A stretch of 39,948 nucleotides of DNA from Escherichia phage TM1, in the sequence record OM908436.1, one strand, 5' to 3'. The position numbers and the translations under genes were made by a program. This document shows, one piece after another, positions 19,012 through 28,361 of the stretch. Each line of letters begins with the position of its first letter. Positions within the stretch are counted from its first letter, which is position 1. The notes under the pieces were generated by a model. It made no database searches. It saw nothing but the letters and a program-made list of their open reading frames with translations, and was not told the DNA's origin.

Positions 19012-21369
19012 TTAGACGGAACGAGCTTTCTTAGCGTATGACGCCTCCCATCCACACCCAACGATTGACACTGGGGTAGGATAGTCGGACTCTAAGGTTA
19101 GACTCGTGGTCAATGCGTTACCATTCATAGCGAAGCGATACTGCCCGTCACCAATGTTTGTAGTCCCGATGGTTTGCTGCCCAAGGGTGTACCCGTTGAA
19201 TGTATTCACGAACTCCCTCGCACCATTTCTGACAATGAGTCTCAGAGCGCCAGTGTCCTTGTAGTTTACCCAAGCACGACGAAGCTGTAGACGGCCAGTG
19301 TCTTCAGACTGAGTGCCACTATCATCTTCAATCTTAATCAGGAACCGTGAGAACTTGTAGGACATCAGATAGGACCGTCCGATGAACACTGTGTGTCCTG
19401 ACCAATCTCCGTTGAGGTTAACCACAGTTGAGATTTCGGTCAATTCACCAAGGTCCACATAAGCACCCTGACTGTCAATCAGATAGTACCGACCGGGAGA
19501 CGGAGCGTTGCCGCCATAAGCAGCACCAATGTCAACCGTAGTCTTATATGTGTCAACATTATATGAGCCAATTGGAATTACCATAGACACCTTGGAGTCA
19601 ATGTGGAGTCTATATGGCTCTAACGGAAAGTCAGTTGCCTCCTTGATGAACTTAAGATGCTCAAGGTCCACGCCGCCTTGGTGCTGACGAACAATGAACA
19701 TGGTAGAGCCAATCGACGCAGACGCCAGAATCTTATCAGCTTTAGGGAACTCCCAGTGCGACCAAGAGGCTTGAAGCTGTACGCCGTCCTTAAACAAGAA
19801 CTTGTAGATGTAGATATGGTTGTATGCACCTGTAGAGTTGACGCAGATGTAGTTCTCAGTCCCTGTACCTTGAATATCGAACACCCCGTTAGGGATGTAG
19901 GACAATACGTGACCGGTTGTATCATCAGCATCCTTCACATCAGACACATCAGCTACAGCGAAGTATCGCTTAATGCTGGTGAATGACCCACGAGGAGCTG
20001 AGAAGAAGACTGAGCGTCCTACAGCGAACGGTCTGGCATTGTCGCCTAAGGCAAACTCTGAGCCTACATCAAGCTGGATAGACTTCGAGGTAAGGACCCC
20101 AGAGCTTGTCATCACGAACTGAACCTCATCCGACCAAAGTAGTAGCTGCTCGCTAAACGGAACGGCATACTTAAGGATTGAGATTCGAGGGTGACTTACA
20201 GCTACATCAATAGGGTCATCATCACCCAATGTCGCAACACTCTTAGGGAAGAACGAAAAGTAGCTGGCTGAACGGCTCATGATTACGTTCTCTCCTGACA
20301 AGAACCCCAGCCTATTCCTGTAGAAGAACACATCGTTAATCGTAGCATCCACGAAGCTAGGCATAGGGTTTGTGTCATCATTACCAGCACCACGATTAGA
20401 CCAGTCCAGAGTCTTGAACTCAAAGGAGCCGTCAGATTGTCTCACCAGAGCATGGGGCATTGTGGTGTTATCGAACCCAGTGACCACTCCCGGCTCTACT
20501 GTCTCCTTCCACGTCTTAGTGTTGGAGTCATACATCACGTAATATTCATCGGCGCTACTGTTGGTCTCACCTTGAATCTTAATGATGTACCCATTTGGAG
20601 CCGCAAGAGGCAACTTAGAGATTGTTTGCACCGTGTCGAGTACTGGGCTGATTAGTTGGTTAGCGTAGCCATCCTCCGTCTCCACTGAGTTAATGTCAGT
20701 CCCTTCAGGGGCAGTGATTAACAGGAATCCAGACCCAAGGTCGAACGTGAAGGTAGGGTAAGCAGCAACAAGAAGGTCTCTCAGAGCCGCACCGATAGCC
20801 TGAGCATCAACCTTAGGAGGGTCATTCTCTGCATCATTACCTGCTGGCAACTTATGCTCTACCTTAACGCCTCCATTGATTCCTACCTTAAGGGTGCGAC
20901 CGTACTGCCCACCACGCAGGTTAATTAAAGCTCGTGCTTTACGATTATAACCAGAGTGTGCCTTCTCGCTTCCACTTTTAACGACAACCTTACGGTTCAC
21001 GATGAACGTATAGTCTGCAACGGTAACGACACGGATGTCATCTCGCGGGTTGGACGACTTAACGTAGTCTACCGCACCGGACACTGAGTATTGATTACCA
21101 CTCAAGTCAACTACCTGAATGTTGGACCCGTTGAACACTATGTAATACTGCTCCTGCTCGTCACGGTTAATCAGGTGGAACTTAGGGTTACTCCCAACGT
21201 CGATGTTAAGACGTCTCTTGAAGACTGTAGGTGGTCGCTTCTGGAGGCCATCACTCTCTGATGACCAGCAGTTAATTTGCTCCTCGCCTTGGTCTGAGAA
21301 CCTCAGTATGTCTGGCTGCTGGCTAATGCCACCTTTAAGGTTCTTGATTGATTGAGTAATTAGTGGCAT
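19012..21369 (-). CDS. gp12: Tail tubular protein B (T7 gp12-like)
   Basis: 785 aa versus 794 in T7; position after gp11. Confidence 0.85.
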   Translation of the reverse strand: MPLITQSIKNLKGGISQQPDILRFSDQGEEQINCWSSESDGLQKRPPTVFKRRLNIDVGSNPKFHLINRDEQEQYYIVFNGSNIQVVDLSGNQYSVSGAVDYVKSSNPRDDIRVVTVADYTFIVNRKVVVKSGSEKAHSGYNRKARALINLRGGQYGRTLKVGINGGVKVEHKLPAGNDAENDPPKVDAQAIGAALRDLLVAAYPTFTFDLGSGFLLITAPEGTDINSVETEDGYANQLISPVLDTVQTISKLPLAAPNGYIIKIQGETNSSADEYYVMYDSNTKTWKETVEPGVVTGFDNTTMPHALVRQSDGSFEFKTLDWSNRGAGNDDTNPMPSFVDATINDVFFYRNRLGFLSGENVIMSRSASYFSFFPKSVATLGDDDPIDVAVSHPRISILKYAVPFSEQLLLWSDEVQFVMTSSGVLTSKSIQLDVGSEFALGDNARPFAVGRSVFFSAPRGSFTSIKRYFAVADVSDVKDADDTTGHVLSYIPNGVFDIQGTGTENYICVNSTGAYNHIYIYKFLFKDGVQLQASWSHWEFPKADKILASASIGSTMFIVRQHQGGVDLEHLKFIKEATDFPLEPYRLHIDSKVSMVIPIGSYNVDTYKTTVDIGAAYGGNAPSPGRYYLIDSQGAYVDLGELTEISTVVNLNGDWSGHTVFIGRSYLMSYKFSRFLIKIEDDSGTQSEDTGRLQLRRAWVNYKDTGALRLIVRNGAREFVNTFNGYTLGQQTIGTTNIGDGQYRFAMNGNALTTSLTLESDYPTPVSIVGCGWEASYAKKARSV

Positions 21370-21378
21370 AGGCCCTCC

Positions 21379-21606
21379 TTAAATCATACTCATTAGGACG
21401 TATCCCTCAGCGATGTCACCAACGTCAGCAATGTGGACAACCTTACGCGCTACCTGTTGTCCAGTATACCCGTTGTCCCACTCATTCAGGATAAGCCAAT
21501 CACCAACCTTAAAGTCCCTGTCGTTAAGTCTCAGCTCTGCTGTCTTTAGACCTAGCTGTACCGGACCAAAGTGCTGGCGGTGAATCTTCAGGTTGTGACT
21601 AGCCAT
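21379..21606 (-). CDS. ASCH / DUF3850-like small protein (75 aa) inserted between gp11 and gp12
   Basis: LKIHRQHFGPVQLGLKTAELRLNDRDFKVGDWLILNEWD...YTGQQV fits, from memory, the DUF3850 (ASCH/PUA-like) signature; start overlaps the gp11 stop; T7 has no gene here. Confidence 0.6.
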   Translation of the reverse strand: MASHNLKIHRQHFGPVQLGLKTAELRLNDRDFKVGDWLILNEWDNGYTGQQVARKVVHIADVGDIAEGYVLMSMI

Positions 21607-22172
21607 TAGTCCCTCCCGATGTCAGACATCATGTTGTAGCGACCAGTGTCCATCTCGTACTCCATCACCTGCTGGTAGAGTTCTGCTTCCTGCTCACGAA
21701 GATACAGTTCAGACTCTGGGCTACCGAAGAACTTAGCGTTGAACTCACGGCTTGCCTTGGTCACGATGTAGTCACGGAATACCACAGGCATCTCAGCGAA
21801 CGGCTTCATCTCCACCAGCTCGACTGTAATTGGACCAGTGAAGGTAGTGGACTGAGTGGACAGGTCGTAGAGATAGCCGCCCATGTTGCTGTAGTAACTG
21901 GTAGCACCGGAAGTCATGACTCGAAGGTAAGACGGCAGGAATCGAATCCTATTGTCTTGGACATCAGGTGTCAGGACAGCAGCTTCGTTGATGTTAAAGT
22001 TCCATCCCTTAGCTTGGACCTGACGATTGACACGATGCAGGATGCGTTGAGCATTCGAGACGTCAGCGTTACCATCGTCAAGCTGTAGGACTGCTGGTTC
22101 ACCGATAGCTGCTAACATATCGTTGATGGCGTCTAAGTCATCGTTAGCATTCAGTGGAATGTATTGAGCCAT
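21606..22172 (-). CDS. gp11: Tail tubular protein A (T7 gp11-like)
   Basis: 188 aa versus 196 in T7; first gene after the Tphi-like terminator. Confidence 0.85.
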   Translation of the reverse strand: MAQYIPLNANDDLDAINDMLAAIGEPAVLQLDDGNADVSNAQRILHRVNRQVQAKGWNFNINEAAVLTPDVQDNRIRFLPSYLRVMTSGATSYYSNMGGYLYDLSTQSTTFTGPITVELVEMKPFAEMPVVFRDYIVTKASREFNAKFFGSPESELYLREQEAELYQQVMEYEMDTGRYNMMSDIGRD

Positions 22173-22192
22173 AAGTCTCCTCTCACTTTAAG

Positions 22193-22233
22193 CAAAAAAA
22201 CCCCTCAAGCACCCGAAGGCACCCAAGGGGTTT
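22193..22233 (-). terminator. Tphi-like intrinsic terminator after the capsid gene
   Basis: Transcript ACCCCUUGGGUGCC-UUCG-GGUGCUUGAGGGG followed by UUUUUUU; about 13-bp stem including G-U pairs; resembles T7 Tphi CCCCTTGGGG...CTTGAGGGGTTTTTTG. Confidence 0.85.
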
Positions 22234-22236
22234 CAA

Positions 22237-23411
22237 TTAGTTGTTGGACTCAGCCAGTTTAGCGGCCCTGTTCGCAGCACGAGTACGCGCAGCTTTCTGT
22301 TGAGGAGTTAAAGTCTCCTCTTCAGGTGCAGCCGCTACTGTAGCGACGTTAGGTTGGCTAAAGGTGCTTACGCCGCTGGGCTGAAAACCAGTGCGCCAGC
22401 CGCTTCAGGACGCAGACCACCGTGACCCATAGCGTACTTACCAACAATCAGGTCACCCTGAGCATCGACGTCACGGTCACGTTCCAGCGCCAAGTCACGC
22501 AGCTTAACGGTACCCACAGCAGAACGGTGAGAGAACAGACCAACAACGTTGTCCAGAGCAACTTTAACGTCACCAGTAGCAGTAGCTGGGAAGGCGTGCT
22601 TCTGACCAGTCGCAATAGTGATACCATCATCACCACGAGTTTCACCAGCACCACCCTGAGTCAAGTGCGGAACTTCAACAACCACGAAGCCCATTACGTT
22701 ACGGATGTTACCAGTCTCTGGGTCAATCAGCGCAGCATAGTTAGCAGCGTTCGGCATCAGAGCAGCGAGTATTGCAGAGTAGTTGTCCGGCGTGGTGTAG
22801 AAGTAGCGGTCGCCAGCAGGAACGTAGTTGGAGGTCAGCTTCGCACGAGCAATTGTCAGTTGACCGATGATTGCTTCACCCAGTTTAGCCGGGGTGTCTA
22901 GGTCAGCTTTCTTGCCTACTTCAAGTACGGACGCAGTACCCAGACCAGCAATGTTCTCGTTGGATGCAGCCGGGAGGTTACACAGGATAGCCATTTCAGC
23001 CAGCACCGCACCATCAGCAGCGATAGCCAGAGCTTCGCCCAACTGGTTGGAATACTCGCCAGCCACGTCGTAGTGGTTCATCGCGTCTTCAATGTCGAAA
23101 ATCATCACATCGGCAGTCAGCAGACCATCAATGGTAATCACTTTCTCGGTATGTTTGATACCTTTACGCTTATCGGACAGTCGCTCACCCGGAGCCAGAT
23201 ACACACCGGAGGTGCGACCCATGACCGGGAACTGAGCAGACTTACCGTTCTGAATGGTACGGACAATATGCTTGTCGGCAGTTACAGAGCGGCGAGTGAA
23301 TGCGGTCAGGACTTCACCAGCAAAGACCTTCAGGAACAACGCCAGAGCGTCGGAACCAGATTTGCCTTTACCTTGGTCTGTACCAATTTTCTGACCCGGA
23401 ACGTTTGCCAT
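22237..23411 (-). CDS. gp10B: Minor capsid protein 10B, made by a -1 ribosomal frameshift near the end of 10A
   Basis: Slippery G GUU UUC at about 22384-22390 (rc), identical to the T7 gene 10 slippery site; the -1 frame stays open for about 50 codons to a TAA at 22237-22239, just before the terminator. Confidence 0.6.
22368..23411 (-). CDS. gp10A: Major capsid protein 10A
   Basis: 347 aa; LALFLKVFAGEVLTAF, HTEKVITIDGLLTADV, AILAALMPNAANYAALIDPE, RSAVGTVKLRDLALER and KYAMGHGGLRPEAAGA are near-identical to T7 gp10A; strong SD AGGAGA before the ATG. Confidence 0.95.
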   Translation of the reverse strand: MANVPGQKIGTDQGKGKSGSDALALFLKVFAGEVLTAFTRRSVTADKHIVRTIQNGKSAQFPVMGRTSGVYLAPGERLSDKRKGIKHTEKVITIDGLLTADVMIFDIEDAMNHYDVAGEYSNQLGEALAIAADGAVLAEMAILCNLPAASNENIAGLGTASVLEVGKKADLDTPAKLGEAIIGQLTIARAKLTSNYVPAGDRYFYTTPDNYSAILAALMPNAANYAALIDPETGNIRNVMGFVVVEVPHLTQGGAGETRGDDGITIATGQKHAFPATATGDVKVALDNVVGLFSHRSAVGTVKLRDLALERDRDVDAQGDLIVGKYAMGHGGLRPEAAGALVFSPAA

Positions 23412-23525
23412 ATGATAATTCTCCTATTCAATTGAAAGATAAAGTTTATTACTTACTGTACGCCCAATCCGTATGGACTGAAGTAATAGGGAAACATTGA
23501 GTCTCTTCCTTTCAGAGTCTCTTGG

Positions 23526-23548
23526 TCTCCCTATAGTGATAGTTTAGT
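23526..23548 (-). promoter_or_regulatory. Phage-RNAP promoter upstream of the capsid gene (phi10-like); best consensus match
   Basis: ACTAAACTATCACTATA/GGGAGACC, about 115-nt leader to the gene 10 ATG. Confidence 0.85.
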
Positions 23549-23549
23549 C

Positions 23550-24434
23550 CTACAGGCTTGAGGCAGCTACCTTAGCGCGAACTTCCATCGTGTACTTAGC
23601 GTCACGCAGGTATCGCGGGTCACTCATAGCCTTAATCATGTCAGCCTTGGAGCTGAATGCTTCGGTCTGAGGAGCCTTAGGTGCGACCACAGGTTTAGCT
23701 TGAGCTGTGATGGTACGCTGAGGTTTAACACCCACAGCTTTACCCAGAGTCTTGCCAGCCAGATTAAGCAGAGCCTTGGTAGTCGCAATGTCCTTACGAA
23801 TGATAGCAGCTTCCAGTGCCTCACGAGTTGACGGGTCGTTGGACTCAAGGTGTGACAGGATGCGATTAAACTGTTCAGCACCACCAGCGTAGCGAACCAC
23901 ACCAGCAGCATACTGTTCAGCCAGAGCTTCCTGACCCCGTACAAACGAATCTACGAAACGCTTGGTGTAACCTGCTTCCTGCAACTTAGCGTAGGATGCG
24001 TCAGACAGCTTACCGTCCTTGGCGTATTCAGCCTTGATAGCGGTAATTTCGTCAGCAGTGACCTTGCCAGCTTCTACAGCAGAAGACACCATGTCGTCGA
24101 ATGCAGCTTCGTTTTCATCCAGAGCGGTGACACTTTCGGTCAGCTCTTTAGGTGCATCACCTAGTTCGATGAACTCAGGCTGCTCACCATCGGTCTCGGA
24201 CTCTTCGTCATCGGGCTCGTGGTCTTCTTCACCTTCAGTCTCTTCGACGTTCTCGTCTTCTTCGGTCGCCTCTTCGTTTTCTGCTTCCAGTTGCTTGAAG
24301 GTAATAGCGTCATCGCCATCACGAACAGCTACGTCCTGTTCAAGCATAGACTTCTGGTGTTCGTTCAGGTCCTCAACGGAACCAGTGATTGCATTAGAGC
24401 TAACGCCGAACTCGGCATAAACTGATTGAGACAT
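23550..24434 (-). CDS. gp9: Capsid assembly scaffolding protein (T7 gp9-like); start taken at MSQSVYAEF rather than the longer ORF-track start at 24500
   Basis: Acidic; EQFNRILSHLE and C-terminal FSSKADMIKAMSDPRYLRDAKY match T7 gp9 ERFDALYNHLE and FADRSEMIKAMSDPRYRTDANY. Confidence 0.85.
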   Translation of the reverse strand: MSQSVYAEFGVSSNAITGSVEDLNEHQKSMLEQDVAVRDGDDAITFKQLEAENEEATEEDENVEETEGEEDHEPDDEESETDGEQPEFIELGDAPKELTESVTALDENEAAFDDMVSSAVEAGKVTADEITAIKAEYAKDGKLSDASYAKLQEAGYTKRFVDSFVRGQEALAEQYAAGVVRYAGGAEQFNRILSHLESNDPSTREALEAAIIRKDIATTKALLNLAGKTLGKAVGVKPQRTITAQAKPVVAPKAPQTEAFSSKADMIKAMSDPRYLRDAKYTMEVRAKVAASSL

Positions 24435-24522
24435 TAAGTCATTCTCCTTTAAGTCGTTAATAGGTGACGGGACAGAGTATGGTAGCTCCCAGTGGCACAC
24501 TCGTGGTGAATGTGTGTCCCGT

Positions 24523-24545
24523 TGTTCCTATAGTGATAGTTTAGG
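24523..24545 (-). promoter_or_regulatory. Phage-RNAP promoter (phi9-like) overlapping the portal gene stop
   Basis: CCTAAACTATCACTATA/GGAACA. Confidence 0.7.
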
Positions 24546-26109
24546 CTTGAGCCATGTCCTCACCAGCTCCCTGACCTACAGCAGCACCAATGTTAGCACC
24601 AGCAGCAGACGCACCGTTTACCACAGCTCCTTGAGCGGATTGTTCAGCAATACGTTGCATCTTCTCGTCTTGCGTCAGGAGTAGGCCGGCAGTGTCAATG
24701 CCTAAAGCATTTAGAAGTCGCAGCTTAAGGGTCGGCAAGTTGATGTCCGGGTCCTGAGATAGCGGCTGAAGACCTGTCATCATGTTAACCGCCTGAGTCA
24801 GCTTCTCCAAGTCCTGACCACGGCCAAGAGCTTCCAGACCAGTGGAGACCGTAGGCTCTACCGCTTCTTTCGGAAGTTCAGGAATCATGCCAGCAGACTG
24901 AAGCTGGTTCATCAACACACGGACGATAGGTAACTGAAGCTCTTGTGATTGTACTGAGTACACGCCACCTAAGGTCGCCTCCAGTTCGCCAGCAACATAA
25001 CGAATCTCTTCAGCAGTGACTCGCTCGGCATTACGCTGAACAGCACTATTGAGAAGGAAGGCCCAGCCTAAACGTTGCTCGATAGCGTCAGCCACCGACT
25101 TGGCAATCGTAAAGTCCTGACCTTTCGTCAGTTGCAGGAAGTTGATGTCCTCAACTCGACCAGCCACGAACTCACCTGTAGCCGCCTTGTTCAGACGACG
25201 AGGTTGCGTGATACCGTTCGGGTTAACGAGGCCCACCACCTTGGAGGCTACCTTAGCCATTTTGGTGATAGCTTCTGTAATCGTCTCCAGCGAGTTCAGG
25301 TCTCCTAGATACTCCTCGCAGTAAGAACGACCATAGTCTTCACCATCCAGTCGAACCATTCGTACCGGGATGTATGGACATGCAGTCAGTGGGTAGGAAC
25401 CCTCGGTCCCTGCTACCTCAATGCCTTCCACTTCCTCGTAGCGCAGATACTCGTCGTCCTGACGGTAGATGTGCGTATACACTTCCAGCTCGGTGTCAGG
25501 CTCATAGTCGTCTGCGTTGAGTTGGGACTTAACGTCTTCCGGTAGAGCACTAAACGCTACCTTGTCGAGAGTCACAATCTGCAAGATATTACCGAAAGCA
25601 TCACGTTGGACAACGTAGGACACTAAGCGGTACATTCGCATAGGACTGTAAGTACCCTGTTCAGGCTCTGGAATGTAGAGCAGACAGTTACCGGAGACGA
25701 TAAGCTGCTTCAGAGCTTCGAACAATGGCACGCGGAAACTGTTAGTCTCCATGTAGGCCATCAACACACGCTCGACCATAGCAAGCCCTTCGTCAACACG
25801 AGCAGCAGCCTCTGAGTCCTGACTCAAGGTCTTGGCCTCATATTCGGAGACTGTAAGTCGCATCCACGGTGACTGAGGGAATAACGCCAACATCAGCTTT
25901 GCAGCCAAGTTGTTCAAACATCGAGCACCTACAGCTTGCCACGGCGTCACGTATTCCGTAGAGGAGTTATCTGACTCCTTAGGAAATAGCGAGGGGATAG
26001 TCACGGCGGCACAGTTCTGTGCGCGGGTCTCGTAAGGCTGTCGTCCGTTCTTCAATCTATCATAAACTGACTTCGCGCCTTCAGCGGCAAATCCTTCGCG
26101 TTTAGCCAT
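24541..26109 (-). CDS. gp8: Head-to-tail connector / portal protein (T7 gp8-like)
   Basis: 522 aa versus 536 in T7; position between gp7.3 and scaffold. Confidence 0.88.
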   Translation of the reverse strand: MAKREGFAAEGAKSVYDRLKNGRQPYETRAQNCAAVTIPSLFPKESDNSSTEYVTPWQAVGARCLNNLAAKLMLALFPQSPWMRLTVSEYEAKTLSQDSEAAARVDEGLAMVERVLMAYMETNSFRVPLFEALKQLIVSGNCLLYIPEPEQGTYSPMRMYRLVSYVVQRDAFGNILQIVTLDKVAFSALPEDVKSQLNADDYEPDTELEVYTHIYRQDDEYLRYEEVEGIEVAGTEGSYPLTACPYIPVRMVRLDGEDYGRSYCEEYLGDLNSLETITEAITKMAKVASKVVGLVNPNGITQPRRLNKAATGEFVAGRVEDINFLQLTKGQDFTIAKSVADAIEQRLGWAFLLNSAVQRNAERVTAEEIRYVAGELEATLGGVYSVQSQELQLPIVRVLMNQLQSAGMIPELPKEAVEPTVSTGLEALGRGQDLEKLTQAVNMMTGLQPLSQDPDINLPTLKLRLLNALGIDTAGLLLTQDEKMQRIAEQSAQGAVVNGASAAGANIGAAVGQGAGEDMAQA

Positions 26110-26119
26110 TCGTCACTCC

Positions 26120-26368
26120 TTAAATAGAAATACCGCCACCAGAGGTGCGAGAGACCTGAAGGCTGCGCTTACCGGAACGCTTCACTTTCTTCTCGTCAGA
26201 TGCGGTTGTTTCAGTATCCACATCCTCCACTTTGTCGTTCGGTACTTCAACTGGTGCTGCTGGGGTCTGAGCCTCAACAACCTTAGGTGCATCGTCAGAG
26301 CCAAGACCGACGGTCCCTAGCGTACTTTTCACCACTTTCTTGAAAGCCTTACTGATTGATTTACCCAC
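26120..26368 (-). CDS. gp7.3: T7 gp7.3-like virion protein
   Basis: 82 aa; starts MGK, ends SGKRSLQVSRTSGGGISI, matching T7 gp7.3 GGKKSLSVARSSGGGINI. Confidence 0.7.
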   Translation of the reverse strand: MGKSISKAFKKVVKSTLGTVGLGSDDAPKVVEAQTPAAPVEVPNDKVEDVDTETTASDEKKVKRSGKRSLQVSRTSGGGISI

Positions 26369-26765
26369 GGTTAATCTCCTTAGTTGTTACGATGTCTACC
26401 GACCCAGAAACATGCTTGACACGAGAATACCAGCCAAGACCCCAACGCTTGCACTCTTCGTCTATGATGTGCCTGACAGTCTCAAGAACCTTGCGGGAGG
26501 ACTGCGAGTCACGACGAATAGCGACGATTGAAAGGTCAAGACCGGGAGTCGGTCGGTGCCAAGATGCGGTAGCCAGCATGTAGAGATACGCTACTGGTTG
26601 ACCTGAGACATCGTATATTGTGTATTCTTCACCGTCGAACTCGTCAGCCATACGGTAAGTATGAGCCTTGAAGTCCTCGAATGACTTGAAGTTAGACTGC
26701 CCGTCTTCCCAGAGGCGACAAGCGCACATGTGGCGACCTTCGCGTGAGTTGAGATATGGTAGCAT
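26361..26765 (-). CDS. Protein at the gene 7 position (T7 gp7-like, host-range / virion)
   Basis: 134 aa versus 133 in T7; assignment by position and size. Confidence 0.55.
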   Translation of the reverse strand: MLPYLNSREGRHMCACRLWEDGQSNFKSFEDFKAHTYRMADEFDGEEYTIYDVSGQPVAYLYMLATASWHRPTPGLDLSIVAIRRDSQSSRKVLETVRHIIDEECKRWGLGWYSRVKHVSGSVDIVTTKEINRG

Positions 26766-26769
26766 TGTC

Positions 26770-26994
26770 TTACCCCATGTTGACGCCAGAGGCTCGCATA
26801 GCGCGGCTAACTGACGATTTATCTTTAGGTGCAGACTCCTTCTTGACCTTCAGGTCTTTTATACCTTTGGTCTCGTTGGTGTCCACATCCGATTCAGCCC
26901 CGATGTCAACTGACGCAACTTCCTCACTCAGAGGTGCTGGTTCAGGTGCTTGGACCGAAGGCTTCGGAGTGCTAATCTTTGGACTGAAACACAT
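26770..26994 (-). CDS. gp6.7: T7 gp6.7-like virion protein
   Basis: 74 aa; starts MCFSPKISTPK...EPAPLSEEV, matching T7 MCFSPKIKTPK...EPAPLTQEV. Confidence 0.75.
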   Translation of the reverse strand: MCFSPKISTPKPSVQAPEPAPLSEEVASVDIGAESDVDTNETKGIKDLKVKKESAPKDKSSVSRAMRASGVNMG

Positions 26995-27008
26995 AGTCCC
27001 TCCTACAG

Positions 27009-27281
27009 TTAATCAAACTGAACGGTATCTTTCAGCTCACGACGCATAGCAACCGCAGAGTCGAGAGTGTCAGAGCAATACTGGAGACCCTTGATGAACC
27101 CGGCAATGAACGCATCGCTGTAACCCTGCTGCTTGAGTAGACTGATAGCTCCCGTCTTCTCAGCGTAGCTTGCGTTGAACAATACGTGCAGGAACTGGAT
27201 AGCAGACTGGGAGATGTTCGGGACATCAAGTCTTTCTTCCTGTAACTGCTTAACAACGTTTTCAATAGCATTAATCGCCAT
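27009..27281 (-). CDS. Protein at the gene 6.5 position
   Basis: 90 aa ORF immediately downstream of the phi6.5-like promoter. Confidence 0.5.
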   Translation of the reverse strand: MAINAIENVVKQLQEERLDVPNISQSAIQFLHVLFNASYAEKTGAISLLKQQGYSDAFIAGFIKGLQYCSDTLDSAVAMRRELKDTVQFD

Positions 27282-27342
27282 CTTGAATCTCCTCTTTAAG
27301 TTAAGACTAAAGTCTATCTTATAGTCATATCTTAGGTCCTAA

Positions 27343-27365
27343 AGTCCCTATAGTGATAGTTTAGT
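27343..27365 (-). promoter_or_regulatory. Phage-RNAP promoter (phi6.5-like)
   Basis: ACTAAACTATCACTATA/GGGACT. Confidence 0.75.
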
Positions 27366-27417
27366 GTTTCACATATGGATGACTGTTGGATTGATAGGAT
27401 ATGACTATCGGTTAGAC

Positions 27418-27510
27418 TCAGTGTTTAGGTCGGTTGTTCGACCCGAACCACTTGTACATGCAGTAAAGGGCCAGAAGTCCGGCCCAGTAGATTACATGGA
27501 TGGTGTCCAT
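27418..27510 (-). CDS. Small hydrophobic peptide (30 aa) at the gene 6.3 position, overlapping the gp6 end
   Basis: MDTIHVIYWAGLLALYCMYKWFGSNNRPKH; hand-translated, below the ORF-track cutoff. Confidence 0.3.
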   Translation of the reverse strand: MDTIHVIYWAGLLALYCMYKWFGSNNRPKH

Positions 27511-28361
27511 AGGATGACCTCCTTGGACTTAGGGTCATAGTCGGAGGCTCGACAAATACGAGCGACCTGAGCTTGGACCAGAAGTTCCTCCTCGGTCATG
27601 CCCGCCTTAGCAGCCAGTGTAACCATGCAGTCCCACAGCGTCATGTCTTCACGCTTCGGATACTTCTTCCACTCAGTCTTAATCTGGCCTTTGTTCTTAC
27701 CAGTCTTAAGCTCACGGCTCTCCTGCACGAAGTAGTACGGCTCGTCAAGGAACGCACGAGTGGTGTCCTCACCCATCCCCGGAATGCCACCGTAGCCATC
27801 TGTAATGTCACCCTTGATGGTCTGCTCCATGTGCCAGTAGTCTGCCTCAGCAGTCGTATGACTCAGGATTTCACCAGTTGTTAACCAGAAGAACTCACAG
27901 TTCGGGATGGTCTTGAAGTCCTTATCACAGGACACTAGCACCGCATGGTCGCATCCGACAATCTGAGGTCTGGTCCCGATGATACCCATACAGTCATCAC
28001 CCTCAAGCGTAGGACGCAGGAAGCTGTTGAACCGTGGGTCAGCCATCACTTCGGCTACGAACTTCTTGTAACCTACAGGCTTGCGAGAACCTTTACGGTT
28101 GGCCTTATAGGTAGGCAGAACGTCCTTACGCCAGTTATTATCGTCAGTGAAGCACATCACAATCTTAGCGTCTTTCCACGCCTTACGCTTCTTAACGATT
28201 TCAGCGATGGTGTTCTCAAGAATACGACGAGCCTTCTCGTGGTCGCAGATAAGGGTCCAGATGTCATCGCCCCAGTCTGTCTCGTCCTCGGCAGCAGCCA
28301 TAGAAGAGAAGACCAGATAGTCGCCATCCAGAACCAGAGCTATCTTCTTCTCAGAACCCAT
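27492..28361 (-). CDS. gp6: 5-prime to 3-prime exonuclease (T7 gp6-like)
   Basis: 289 aa; DGDYLVF, CDHEKARRILE, PTLEGDDCMG, CDKDFKTIPNC and WHMEQTIKGDITDGYGGI match T7 gp6. Confidence 0.88.
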   Translation of the reverse strand: MGSEKKIALVLDGDYLVFSSMAAAEDETDWGDDIWTLICDHEKARRILENTIAEIVKKRKAWKDAKIVMCFTDDNNWRKDVLPTYKANRKGSRKPVGYKKFVAEVMADPRFNSFLRPTLEGDDCMGIIGTRPQIVGCDHAVLVSCDKDFKTIPNCEFFWLTTGEILSHTTAEADYWHMEQTIKGDITDGYGGIPGMGEDTTRAFLDEPYYFVQESRELKTGKNKGQIKTEWKKYPKREDMTLWDCMVTLAAKAGMTEEELLVQAQVARICRASDYDPKSKEVILWTPSM

